Part shown: in pieces, positions 27,639 through 37,469 of the stretch
How positions within the stretch are numbered: the stretch's first letter is position 1
Layout of the letters: each line of letters begins with the position of its first letter
Assembly (NCBI GenBank): GCA_028711705.1
Contig: JAQTRS010000001.1
Span: 30,581-94,580, forward strand
From: Candidatus Moraniibacteriota bacterium
Lineage (GTDB): Bacteria > Patescibacteriota > Minisyncoccia > Moranbacterales > UBA1568
Direction of reading: 5' to 3'
Length of the DNA stretch: 64,000 nucleotides
Translations under genes and position numbers: made by a program
Notes under the pieces: model-generated
What the model saw: the letters and a program-made list of their open reading frames with translations, nothing else
The model's database searches: none
Told to the model about the DNA's origin: nothing

Positions 27639-28928
27639 ATGGACATTTTACTTGTAAGCTTCGCCAACATAGCGCACGCCTTCTCACAGATAGCCTTTAT
27701 CGGTGCGAACGTGTGGTTTTTTGTGTTGCCATCGATGCTGACGCCGTTGTTTTTGTACGTGTGGATGAACCATATCATCGGCAAATACGAATCTTCGGTG
27801 CCTCGCGTGATGCTCGAAATCATTCCGCCCAAGGACATCGAGAAGAGCCCGCAGCTCATGGAAGGGCTTTATGACGGTCTTTCGGGTACGGATAAGGCGT
27901 ATACCGTATTCGAACAGTATGTGCTCGGTATGGGCGCGCCGAAATTCAGTTTCGAGATCGTGGGAAGCGAGGGGCATGTCCACTTCTATATCCGCACCCC
28001 GGTCGTGACCCGTAACCTGATCGAAGCGCATTTGTATGCCCAGTATCCGGATGTCGAGATCACGGAGGTGGAGGACTATGTGAACGAGGTGCCCAAGAGC
28101 ATTCCGAATAAGGACTGGAATCTATGGGGGACCGACTTCAAGCTTCTCAAGGCCGATGCCTATCCGATCAAGACCTATCACTATTTCGAGGAGAGCGTGA
28201 CGGGCAAGATGATCGACCCTTTGGCGGGACTGATCGAAGTTATCGCCAAGCTTCCGCCGGGACAGAAAATCTGGCTGCAATACATCATCTCTCCCGAGCG
28301 TTCCAGCTGGGCCGATGCAGTGGGACGCGCGCTCATAGATGAGATCGTCAAGGGCAAAAAAGAAAAGCCTGCCGGTATCATGAGCATACTTTTTTCGCAT
28401 CTGAGCGATATCGTCGGAGGCGTTTTTCGCGGTATTTTCGGAGGCACGCCGCCCGAGGTCAAAAAGTCCGAGAGCAAGGCCGATCCGCTCGATCTGCGTT
28501 TGACGCCGGTGCAAAGGAAGGTCTTGGAGGCCATCGAAAACAATCTCGGAAAGAACGTCTTCCGCGTGAAGGCCCGCTTCATGTACCTCGGAAGGCGTGA
28601 GACCTATCATAGCGGCGCATTCTTGCCGGCTATTTTCGGCGCCATCATCAAGCCGTATGGCGATTCCAATCTCAATAGCATGATCCCGTACAATCCGACT
28701 AAGACGTCGGCGGAGTATGTGTTCATGAAATCCCGTCTGCTGTATCTGCAAAGGCGGCTCTACCGTCGTTACCGCGACCGCGACCGCGATCCGAGCGAGA
28801 ATATCTTCGTACTGAGCACTTCGGAATTGGCGACACTGTTCCACCTTCCGGATATGTCCGTGATTTCTCCGGCGCTTTCCCGCGTGGCTGCCAAGCGAGG
28901 CGGATCACCGTCTAATCTCCCTATATAG
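27639..28928 (+). CDS. Membrane-anchored hypothetical protein (two N-terminal TM helices), upstream partner of the VirD4-like ATPase.
   Basis: A 16-nt gap precedes the next gene, on the same strand. The C-terminus is RD-rich. Confidence 0.5.
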   Translation: MDILLVSFANIAHAFSQIAFIGANVWFFVLPSMLTPLFLYVWMNHIIGKYESSVPRVMLEIIPPKDIEKSPQLMEGLYDGLSGTDKAYTVFEQYVLGMGAPKFSFEIVGSEGHVHFYIRTPVVTRNLIEAHLYAQYPDVEITEVEDYVNEVPKSIPNKDWNLWGTDFKLLKADAYPIKTYHYFEESVTGKMIDPLAGLIEVIAKLPPGQKIWLQYIISPERSSWADAVGRALIDEIVKGKKEKPAGIMSILFSHLSDIVGGVFRGIFGGTPPEVKKSESKADPLDLRLTPVQRKVLEAIENNLGKNVFRVKARFMYLGRRETYHSGAFLPAIFGAIIKPYGDSNLNSMIPYNPTKTSAEYVFMKSRLLYLQRRLYRRYRDRDRDPSENIFVLSTSELATLFHLPDMSVISPALSRVAAKRGGSPSNLPI

Positions 28929-28943
28929 CCATAACGCAACAGT

Positions 28944-30926
28944 ATGCATCAGGAAATTACATTTTTCGCCAAAACCAACTTCCGCAATCAGCAGCGGGTG
29001 TTCGGCATCAAGACCGACGATCGGCGTCGGCATATGTATGTTATTGGAAAGACGGGAATGGGGAAGACGAACCTTCTGGAGAATCTCGTCATCCAAGACA
29101 TCCAGCATGGGCACGGGGTCGCTTTTATCGATCCTCACGGAGACACGGCCGAAAAGATCATCAAGGCCATCCCGGCGCACCGTATCAACGATGTGATCTA
29201 TTTCAATCCGGCCGACCAGGAATTTCCCCTCGCCTTCAATGTGATGGAAAGTGTCAGTCTGGAGCATCGCCATCTGGTGGCTTCCGGACTCGTGGGCGTG
29301 TTCAAGAAAATCTGGGCGGACTCGTGGGGGCCTCGTTTGGAATACATCCTCCGTAACGCTATTTTGGCCCTTCTGGAGTATCCGGGAAGCACGCTTTTGG
29401 GCGTGACCCGCATTTTGGTGGACAAGGAGTACCGCAAGCGCGTCGTGGACAAGGTGACGGACCCGGTGGTGAAGTCCTTCTGGGTGGATGAGTTCACCAA
29501 GTGGAATGACCGTGTTTTGCAGGAGGTGATCGCGCCTATTCAGAACAAGGTGGGGCAGTTCTTGTCGAGCTCGCTTATCCGTAATATCGTCGGACAGACC
29601 AAGTCGTCTTTCGATGTGCGTGAGGCGATGGATTCGCGCAAGATTATCGTCCTCAACCTTTCCAAGGGTCGCATCGGCGAGGACAATAGCGCCCTTTTGG
29701 GTGCCATGATGATCACCAAGATCCAATTGGCAGCCATGGGACGCGTGGATATCGAAGAGGATGAGCGCAAAGATTTCTACCTCTACGTCGACGAGTTTCA
29801 GAACTTCGCCACGGAATCGTTCGCCAATATCCTATCCGAAGCGCGAAAGTACCGCTTGAGCCTTATCTTGGCGAACCAGTATGTCTCCCAGATCGACGAG
29901 AAGGTGCGCGATGCCATTTTTGGAAACGCCGGAACGATTATCAGTTTCCGTATCGGTGCGGCCGATGCGGAATTCCTCGAGAAAGAATTCGAGCCGGTTT
30001 TCATGGTGAACGATCTGGTCAATTTGCCGAAATTCAATGTCTATCTGAAACTCATGATCGACGGTGTGGCGGGGGATGCCTTCAGTGCGACCGTGCTGCC
30101 ACCGATCGAGCTCAAGTCTACTGTTGAAAATATCGAAAAGGTTATCCGCATTTCACGCGAGCGCTATACTTCCAAAAAGCAGGATGTCGAAGACAAGATC
30201 AGGCGTTGGACGGGCATGCTGACTGAAGAAGAGAAAGCGGTCTTGATGGACAGGGTGGCAGCCAGCCGCGCAGCGCAGCAGACGGGCGCTCCAGTCGGTA
30301 CTCCAGTGGCGTATCCGAAGCCAGCCGTGTCCACTCCGATGGCGCACACTCCTCGAGCATCCGCACCAGCATATTCTGTCAGCGCCCCTGTAGCCGCTAC
30401 TATGGGTGCAGGCGTAAGTGCGACCGTGCTCCCGGGCACGTCCGATAAGCCGATGTATGTCGCGTATTGTGCTGTATGTGATACTGAAATCAACGTGCCG
30501 TTCAAACCGGATGGCAAGCGCCCGACATTTTGTCGCGACCACCTAAAGGAATATCAGCGCACCGCTGCCAAGGCCAAAGAGGAAATGGAACGAAATGCCG
30601 CCGCGCGTCCGGGAATGCAGCGCAGCATTCCAGTGCAGCCGCACCTGAAATCGCAGGCACCGATCGAAAATCCGCGAACCGTGAATGAACGATCGGGCGT
30701 CCGTATCTCAACTGAAAAACCGCTGTCTTTGTCTCAGATGGAATATATCGCTCCGAAAAAGTTCACCCAGAAGCCCTCGACAGAAAGATTACCAGCGCAG
30801 GAGAGTGTTACGATTGATGCGCCTGCCGCCCCCGTGGCCCCTATCGCTCCTGCCGTGTCGGCACCTTCACAGACAGAGGAAGCTTCCGCAGAATCTGTTT
30901 TGCCGACTACTCCGTCCCTATTTTGA
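28944..30926 (+). CDS. TraD/TrwB/VirD4-like (type IV coupling protein-like) P-loop ATPase with a Pro/Ala-rich C-terminal tail
   Basis: Walker A VIGKTGMGKTNLL is followed by VAFIDPHGD. Walker B FYLYVDEFQNF. SLILANQ. The C-terminal 200 aa are low-complexity A/P/T-rich and contain a CAVCDTEINVPFKPDGKRPTFCRDH motif. Confidence 0.7.
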   Translation: MHQEITFFAKTNFRNQQRVFGIKTDDRRRHMYVIGKTGMGKTNLLENLVIQDIQHGHGVAFIDPHGDTAEKIIKAIPAHRINDVIYFNPADQEFPLAFNVMESVSLEHRHLVASGLVGVFKKIWADSWGPRLEYILRNAILALLEYPGSTLLGVTRILVDKEYRKRVVDKVTDPVVKSFWVDEFTKWNDRVLQEVIAPIQNKVGQFLSSSLIRNIVGQTKSSFDVREAMDSRKIIVLNLSKGRIGEDNSALLGAMMITKIQLAAMGRVDIEEDERKDFYLYVDEFQNFATESFANILSEARKYRLSLILANQYVSQIDEKVRDAIFGNAGTIISFRIGAADAEFLEKEFEPVFMVNDLVNLPKFNVYLKLMIDGVAGDAFSATVLPPIELKSTVENIEKVIRISRERYTSKKQDVEDKIRRWTGMLTEEEKAVLMDRVAASRAAQQTGAPVGTPVAYPKPAVSTPMAHTPRASAPAYSVSAPVAATMGAGVSATVLPGTSDKPMYVAYCAVCDTEINVPFKPDGKRPTFCRDHLKEYQRTAAKAKEEMERNAAARPGMQRSIPVQPHLKSQAPIENPRTVNERSGVRISTEKPLSLSQMEYIAPKKFTQKPSTERLPAQESVTIDAPAAPVAPIAPAVSAPSQTEEASAESVLPTTPSLF

Positions 30927-31158
30927 AACCGCTCGATAATTTGATATACTGTAAAAGAATCTATCCGTATCACGCAGAGTAATCGGCGAGCGGGATGAAA
31001 CGATGGATTGCAACCATTATCCGTATATCTCTTTGTCATATGCAAAATTTTCAGAGGCGTCATAAAAAAATATACGCTATTTGGGTTGTCATATCGGTAC
31101 TGACCGGCATTTCCATGCTACTGTTTCTTGTCGCACCTCTTTTCATGTACTAATCCCT

Positions 31159-31554
31159 ATGATCGGAAAAGCCTTTCGTTTTCTTATCCCTAAACTCTTC
31201 GTGATAGCGTCGCTTGTTTTGGCGTTTTGGATCGGGGATGTCACGCTCAAAGAAATGGATCGTGGGAAACGCATCCAAGAGGAAATCGCGTCGCTCCGTG
31301 CTGAAGCCCAGAAGACACAGAAGGAAAACACCGTTCTCCGGGAAAAGATACAATATTTCCAGACGGATGATTTTAAGACACAGGAGGCTCGCACCAAGCT
31401 CAATTACCAAAGTGAGAATGAACGGGCGGTGGTGATCAAGTCCGGCGTGGCCGATGACGCTGCTAAGACGCAGGAGATCGTGCCTGTCGAGCCCAAGGCC
31501 CAGGATTTCTCACCGAATTACGAGAAATGGTTGAAGCAGTTCTTCGCGGCGTGA
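31159..31554 (+). CDS. FtsB/DivIC-like septum formation initiator
   Basis: Single N-terminal TM segment, then a coiled coil (IASLRAEAQKTQKENTVLREKIQYF...DFKTQEARTKLNY), the typical FtsB layout. Confidence 0.55.
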   Translation: MIGKAFRFLIPKLFVIASLVLAFWIGDVTLKEMDRGKRIQEEIASLRAEAQKTQKENTVLREKIQYFQTDDFKTQEARTKLNYQSENERAVVIKSGVADDAAKTQEIVPVEPKAQDFSPNYEKWLKQFFAA

Positions 31555-31582
31555 ATTTTTTACACATGATAAAACATATACT

Positions 31583-32641
31583 ATGAATGAGCAGGAAAAA
31601 ATAAAAAGCATCAGCGTGAAGACCCTCCTTGCCGGAGGCGCTATCGTCCTTGCGGCGCTGCTTGTCGTGACGGCCGCGCTGGTGTATTTTTTCCCTCAGA
31701 ATTCGTGGGCGATGCGTGTCCGCCATATCCTTCCGTATCCGGCCATCCTGGTCAACGGATCGCACCCTATTTTTTTCCGCGATACGGACGAAGACGTCGC
31801 CTCTATCCGCCGTTTCTATGAAAGCCAATCCGATGATCTCTCCAAGGCGGGCATGCGGGTGGATTTTTCGACACCGGATGGGCAAAGGCGTCTTATGATC
31901 CGTGAAAAGGAACTGCTCAACAAGATGATCGAGGATGCTGCGGTGCGGATACTGGCCGAGGAACGCCATATTTCTATCACGGAAGATATGGTCAGTCAGA
32001 CCGTCGATCAGAAGATAAGCGCGCTCGGCAATAATCGCGAGGAGGTTGCCAAGCAGCTCGACCGCCTGTATGGCTGGACGATCAGCGATTTCGAGGAGAA
32101 AATAGTGCAGCCCGAACTCTATAAGGAGGAATTGTCCAAGGTCTATGCGGACGGTATCGACACCTCTTCTTCGGCAAAAAAGAAGATCGAGGATGCTGAG
32201 CACGATCTGAAGCAGGGCGAGTCGTTTGCGGACACGGCGAAGAAATACTCCGAAGGCAATACGGCCCAAGATGGCGGGGAACTGGGTTTCATCCCGGTGT
32301 CGAGTCTGACGGAGGAGGTCAAGGCGGCCTCGCAGAAGCAGAAGCTCAATCAGGTGACCGATATCATCGAGAGTCCGCTCGGTTTCCACCTGATTGTGAT
32401 CGAGGAGAGGAAGCAAGAGCAAGGTCAGGATATGATCCGATTGAAGCAGATTTTCACAAGGAAGATCACCTTCGCCGATTGGCTGACGAGTCAGATGCAG
32501 CGGATGAATGTCACCGTATTGTTCAAGGGATATATGTGGGATAAGGGAACGGCCCGCATCGAGTTCAAACAGCCCGAAATGAAGGCCTTCGAGGAAAACC
32601 TCTTACAGAAATCACAAGGAGACGCCTCCGTACTCTTCTAA
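31583..32641 (+). CDS. Peptidyl-prolyl cis-trans isomerase, parvulin (PpiC) type, SurA/PrsA-like, membrane-anchored
   Basis: N-terminal TM segment. The parvulin core is DGGELGFIPVSSLTEEVKAA...SPLGFHLIVIEER. Confidence 0.7.
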   Translation: MNEQEKIKSISVKTLLAGGAIVLAALLVVTAALVYFFPQNSWAMRVRHILPYPAILVNGSHPIFFRDTDEDVASIRRFYESQSDDLSKAGMRVDFSTPDGQRRLMIREKELLNKMIEDAAVRILAEERHISITEDMVSQTVDQKISALGNNREEVAKQLDRLYGWTISDFEEKIVQPELYKEELSKVYADGIDTSSSAKKKIEDAEHDLKQGESFADTAKKYSEGNTAQDGGELGFIPVSSLTEEVKAASQKQKLNQVTDIIESPLGFHLIVIEERKQEQGQDMIRLKQIFTRKITFADWLTSQMQRMNVTVLFKGYMWDKGTARIEFKQPEMKAFEENLLQKSQGDASVLF

Positions 32642-32679
32642 TGTTCTCATTCATGTAAACAGCTCTTAATATCAACCAT

Positions 32680-34005
32680 ATGGAAAAGAATACTCATGAC
32701 GAGATAATTGCGCCTACCAACGAGCCCGCTTTCGATACGGCACCGAATGCGGAACGGACGCTCTGTCGGAGGCATCACCGGTCACACCAGCTCCTTTTCG
32801 GAGCGCTGTTTGGCATTATTTTCGGCTTCATCGGCGGCGGACTCGCGCTCTTGTATATGCCGAAGATTCAGAGCGGCCTGCCTATCCCGTTCATGCAGCG
32901 ATTCCTGAAACCGACGGCGGAGCAGCCTCAGGCGGTTCCGCTACCGCAGAATCTGACCGTGGAGGATGAGGCAGTGATCACGACCGTCGATAAGACATCG
33001 CCTGCGGTCGTGAGCGTGGTGATCAGCCGGGATGTGCCGAAACTGCAACGGGGAGGGATGAGCCCTTTCGGATTCCCATTTTTCATGATGCCCCAGGACC
33101 TTCAGGGCGGGGATGCGCCGGCAGCCGGCGATACGGAAAAGCAGACCGTGGGCCAGGGTTCCGGATTCATCGTCTCGGCCGATGGGCTTATCGTGACCAA
33201 TAAGCACGTGGTATCGGCGACCTCCGCGGACTATACCGTCATTACGACCGACGGCAAGGAATTTCAGGCCCAAGTGTTGGCGCGCGACCCGAATCGGGAC
33301 ATCGCCTTGCTCAAGATTGATGCCAAAGATCTGCCGTTTTTGGAGCTCGGTAATTCGGATGCCGTGAAGGTCGGTCAGACCGTGGTGGCTATCGGGAACT
33401 CTTTGGGCGAATTCAGCAACACGGTGAGCAAAGGTATCATATCGGGACTGAAGCGTAATCTGGTGGCGGGTTCGGACGGTGGCGGAAGCGAGCGCCTGAG
33501 CAATATCATCCAGACGGATGCAGCGATCAATCCAGGCAATTCCGGAGGACCGCTTTTGAATACGGACGGCCAGGTGATCGGCGTCAATGTGGCGATGGCA
33601 CAAGGGGCGCAGAGTATCGGTTTTGCGCTGCCGGCGAATCAGATCAAGAAAATCATCGACCAGGTCCGGTCGACGGGAAAGATAACCACCGCCTTCCTCG
33701 GTGTCCGTTATATCATGCTGACTCCGGAAATCCAGAAGGAGAATGCCCTGCCGCTCGATCATGGCGCACTTATCTTGCGCGGGGATAAGATGACGGATTT
33801 TGCGGTTATTCCGGGTTCTCCGGCGGACAAGGCGGGGATTATGGAAAACGATATCATAGTGGAAATCAACGGTACGAAGATCGACAATGACCGACAGATA
33901 GCGGATATTGTTGCCGACAATCAGCCGGGCGATACGATGCAAGTCACGGTGTGGCATAAGGGCGAGACCAAAACTATAGCAGTCACGCTGGAGGAGAAAA
34001 AATAA
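32680..34005 (+). CDS. htrA: HtrA/DegP-family serine protease with PDZ domain (catalytically intact)
   Basis: Catalytic His in TNKHVV, Asp in DIALLKI, Ser in GNSGGPLLN. A C-terminal PDZ domain. Confidence 0.85.
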   Translation: MEKNTHDEIIAPTNEPAFDTAPNAERTLCRRHHRSHQLLFGALFGIIFGFIGGGLALLYMPKIQSGLPIPFMQRFLKPTAEQPQAVPLPQNLTVEDEAVITTVDKTSPAVVSVVISRDVPKLQRGGMSPFGFPFFMMPQDLQGGDAPAAGDTEKQTVGQGSGFIVSADGLIVTNKHVVSATSADYTVITTDGKEFQAQVLARDPNRDIALLKIDAKDLPFLELGNSDAVKVGQTVVAIGNSLGEFSNTVSKGIISGLKRNLVAGSDGGGSERLSNIIQTDAAINPGNSGGPLLNTDGQVIGVNVAMAQGAQSIGFALPANQIKKIIDQVRSTGKITTAFLGVRYIMLTPEIQKENALPLDHGALILRGDKMTDFAVIPGSPADKAGIMENDIIVEINGTKIDNDRQIADIVADNQPGDTMQVTVWHKGETKTIAVTLEEKK

Positions 34006-34051
34006 AAACGCGTTTTGAGGTGGATTTGTTTTGATTATTATCGACACCCCT

Positions 34052-36700
34052 ATGAATATCAATCAATTTACATCGAAAAGTCAGGAGGCATTGAGAAATG
34101 CTCAGGAGATCGCGTTGTCACGAGGGACGCAGCAGGTGGATATCCCGCACCTGCTTTATGCCCTGATTATCCAGGAAGACTCGGTGGTCCCGACGGTCAT
34201 GCGTAAGCTGCAGGCGGATGTCGAAAAAGTGAAGGGGGCGATTTTGGGGATCATCGAGAGCCTGCCGCAAGGGGGTGCCGGAGGTGCTGCCGGGCAGATC
34301 TATGTTGCGCCGCATTTGGGCAAGGTGATCGATCAGGCGGAAAAAGAAATGAAGAAAATCGGCGATACGTTCATCTCGACCGAGCATCTCTTATTGGCGA
34401 TACTGAGTAATGCTTCCTCATCCAAAACGGCGCTGGAAAAAGCCGGCATCACCTATGATACGGTATTGAAGACCCTCTCGCAGGTGCGAGGAAGCCAGCG
34501 CGTGGAGAGCGCGGAACCCGAGCAGAGCTATCATTCGCTGGAAAAGTATACGGTCAATATGACTGAGCTTGCCCGTAATGAGAAGATCGATCCGGTAATC
34601 GGGCGCGATGAGGAGATTAGGCGCGTGATGCAGGTGCTCAGCCGTCGCACCAAAAATAACCCGGTGCTGATCGGTGAGGCAGGAACAGGCAAAACGGCCA
34701 TCGTCGAGGGATTGGCACAACGTATTGTTGCGGGCGATGTTCCGGACAATCTTAAGAATAAGGAATTAGTCCTGCTCGATCTGGCATCGATTCTGGCGGG
34801 AGCCAAGTTTCGCGGCGAATTCGAAGAGCGGCTCAAGGCGATTCTGAAAGAAGTGGATGCGGCGGCCGACAAATATATTTTGTTTATCGATGAACTTCAT
34901 ACTCTCGTGGGCGCCGGCGCTACGGAAGGGTCTTTGGACGCGTCCAATATGCTCAAACCCGCCCTGGCCCGCGGGAAATTGCGTACCATCGGCGCTACGA
35001 CACTCAAGGAATATCAGAAGTATATCGAAAAAGACGCGGCTCTGGAACGGCGCTTCCAACCGGTCATGGTAAGTGAACCGTCCGAGGAAGATTCTTTGGC
35101 GATGCTTCGTGGCATCAAGGAGAAATACGAATTGCATCACGGCGTGCGTATCACCGACGATGCCCTGGTGGCGGCGGTGAAACTTTCGAAGCGATACATC
35201 ACGGATCGATTTTTGCCGGACAAGGCGATCGATTTGGTGGACGAGGCAGCGTCGCTTCGTCGTATCGAAATCAACTCCTTGCCAACCGATATCGACCAAT
35301 TGGAGCGTTCTATCCGCCGTTTGGAAATCGAGCGTCGGGCCCTGGAAAAAGAAACGGATGAAGCGGGCGTTACGGAAAAGCTTCGGGATATCAATAAGGA
35401 ACTGGCCGATCTGAAGGAGCGTTCGCAAAAGCAGACCCTGCAGTGGAAGACGGAACGGGATCTTATCACGGCCATCCGCGGTCATAAGGAGAAAATCGAT
35501 GCTTTGAAGTCGGAATCGGAAGTGGCCGAGCGCGAAGGACGATTGGATCGTGTGGCAGAAATCCGCTACGGGGATATCCCGACTTTGGAAAAGCAGATTA
35601 AGGTGGAGGGGAAGAAATTGAACAAGGCTCAGAAGAACGGTTTCATCCTTCGCGAAGAAGTGACGGAAGAGGATATCGCGATCATCGTGTCCAAATGGAC
35701 GAATGTGCCGGTCTCCAAAATGCTGGCGGGCGAGATGGAAAGGCTGACGCATATGGAAACCGAGCTCTCCAAACGGGTCATCGGGCAAAAAGATGCGATC
35801 GCATCGGTCTCCAATGCGATCCGGCGTTCACGCTCAGGACTTGCGGAGGAAGGCAAGCCGATTGGGTCCTTCATTTTCCTGGGCATGACCGGGGTTGGTA
35901 AGACGGAGCTCGCGAAAGCCCTGGCCGAGTTTTTGTTCGATGATGAAAAGGCGCTTATTCGTATCGATATGAGCGAATATATGGAAGCGCATTCGACCGC
36001 CAAGTTCATCGGATCACCTCCGGGATACATCGGGTATGACGAGGGCGGGCAGTTGACCGAGATGGTCCGCAGGCGTCCGTATAGCGTGATTCTCTTTGAC
36101 GAAATCGAGAAGGCGCATCCGGATGTCTTCAATAGTATGCTGCAAATCCTTGATGACGGGCGATTGACGGATGCCCGGGGACGAGTAGTCAATTTCAAGA
36201 ACACGGTGATCATCATGACATCCAATGTCGGTTCCGATCTGCTCTCCAGTCCGACGCAGGAGCTGGGCTTCCGGGAGGAAGCGGACAGACAGGCCGAGGA
36301 GAACGAGCGGGAACTTCGGGAGAAAGTATTCAAGAGTCTGCGTGAAACATTTAAGCCAGAATTCCTGAATCGCATCGACGAGATCATCATGTTTCATCCG
36401 CTGACGCCCGAGATGCTCGCCAGAATCGCCGACATCCAGCTGCAGAAAGTGATCGACCGCCTCAAAGAAAGGAGTATCGGATTAAGCATTACAGAGGAAG
36501 CCAAAGCGTATATCGCGAAAATAGGGTATGATCCATTATACGGCGCTCGACCGCTCAAGCGCGTCATTCAGAGCCAGGTGCTGGACATACTCTCGATGAA
36601 GGTGCTCTCCAAGGAAATCGCGGAGGGCGATCGCGTGCGTATGGATGCAGTGCAAGAGAAGCTCATCTTTACTAAGGAACGTACCAAAACAAGAAAATAA
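34052..36700 (+). CDS. clpB: ATP-dependent chaperone ClpB
   Basis: Clp N-domain at the N-terminus. Two AAA modules ([15 protein letters not shown] and [15 protein letters not shown]). A long middle coiled-coil domain. ~880 aa. Confidence 0.9.
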   Translation: MNINQFTSKSQEALRNAQEIALSRGTQQVDIPHLLYALIIQEDSVVPTVMRKLQADVEKVKGAILGIIESLPQGGAGGAAGQIYVAPHLGKVIDQAEKEMKKIGDTFISTEHLLLAILSNASSSKTALEKAGITYDTVLKTLSQVRGSQRVESAEPEQSYHSLEKYTVNMTELARNEKIDPVIGRDEEIRRVMQVLSRRTKNNPVLIGEAGTGKTAIVEGLAQRIVAGDVPDNLKNKELVLLDLASILAGAKFRGEFEERLKAILKEVDAAADKYILFIDELHTLVGAGATEGSLDASNMLKPALARGKLRTIGATTLKEYQKYIEKDAALERRFQPVMVSEPSEEDSLAMLRGIKEKYELHHGVRITDDALVAAVKLSKRYITDRFLPDKAIDLVDEAASLRRIEINSLPTDIDQLERSIRRLEIERRALEKETDEAGVTEKLRDINKELADLKERSQKQTLQWKTERDLITAIRGHKEKIDALKSESEVAEREGRLDRVAEIRYGDIPTLEKQIKVEGKKLNKAQKNGFILREEVTEEDIAIIVSKWTNVPVSKMLAGEMERLTHMETELSKRVIGQKDAIASVSNAIRRSRSGLAEEGKPIGSFIFLGMTGVGKTELAKALAEFLFDDEKALIRIDMSEYMEAHSTAKFIGSPPGYIGYDEGGQLTEMVRRRPYSVILFDEIEKAHPDVFNSMLQILDDGRLTDARGRVVNFKNTVIIMTSNVGSDLLSSPTQELGFREEADRQAEENERELREKVFKSLRETFKPEFLNRIDEIIMFHPLTPEMLARIADIQLQKVIDRLKERSIGLSITEEAKAYIAKIGYDPLYGARPLKRVIQSQVLDILSMKVLSKEIAEGDRVRMDAVQEKLIFTKERTKTRK

Positions 36701-36703
36701 CCT

Positions 36704-37444
36704 ATGCTTTTCAATTTTTCTATTTTGTTTTCATCGCTGCTCTTTTTGGGCGGACTTGAGTTGGTTATTTTCCAATCCGAGCACGTGATTGCCTCGGCCA
36801 TGCTCATCACCGTCCTGACGCTCCATGCCTCGCACCGTATCGGCAAGGGCCTGTTTTCGGGCGTAATCCCTCTTACCTTCGCGCTTTCCGCGGTGATGCT
36901 GCTGTATCTGGTCGATTCCATGATGCAACGCCAGTGGCTGATCGGACTGAGCTTCGGGGTCTATTACCTTGCTTTTTTGGGCATATATAGGTTACGATAC
37001 TATGAGCGGGATAAGACAGCCCGCGGTATGGTGTCTTTCGTGGTGATGGCCACCATGTTCCTTTTTTATGCGAGCATTTACGGACTGTACCTCAATTTCG
37101 CTGTCCCGATATGGGGATTTATGCTGGCATACTGTGCTGTAACCGCGTTGCTCAGCTATCAGTATTTTCTGCTTTTCGACCAGACACAAACGCGTCGGGT
37201 GCGCATATATAGCCTCATACTGGGACTTTCCATGGCGGAAGTCGCCTGGATCATCAATTTCTGGCCGTTCGGCTATCTGACTACCGGCGTCGTAGTGCTT
37301 ATGTTCTACTACATCCTCTGGGATTTGGTTCAGAGCTATTTTTTGAAGGATCTCTCCAAGAAGCGCATTTTCGTACACCTTGTACTCTTCGGTTTTCTGA
37401 TCGGCATGGTGCTGACGAGTACGCGATGGGTTCCGGTGGCGTAA
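36704..37444 (+). CDS. Polytopic membrane protein, hypothetical
   Basis: ORF starts 4 nt after the clpB stop. 6-7 hydrophobic helices. Confidence 0.5.
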   Translation: MLFNFSILFSSLLFLGGLELVIFQSEHVIASAMLITVLTLHASHRIGKGLFSGVIPLTFALSAVMLLYLVDSMMQRQWLIGLSFGVYYLAFLGIYRLRYYERDKTARGMVSFVVMATMFLFYASIYGLYLNFAVPIWGFMLAYCAVTALLSYQYFLLFDQTQTRRVRIYSLILGLSMAEVAWIINFWPFGYLTTGVVVLMFYYILWDLVQSYFLKDLSKKRIFVHLVLFGFLIGMVLTSTRWVPVA

Positions 37445-37469
37445 TTATTATTTCTAAGGCACATATTCT

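Noticed and set aside
28122-35788. Minus-strand ORFs antisense to the membrane protein, coupling ATPase, PPIase, HtrA and ClpB genes (28122-28844, 28905-29726, 31463-32422, 32941-34062, 34766-35788)
   Set aside because: The sense-strand proteins carry unambiguous conserved motifs. The antisense products have no motifs and are low-complexity.
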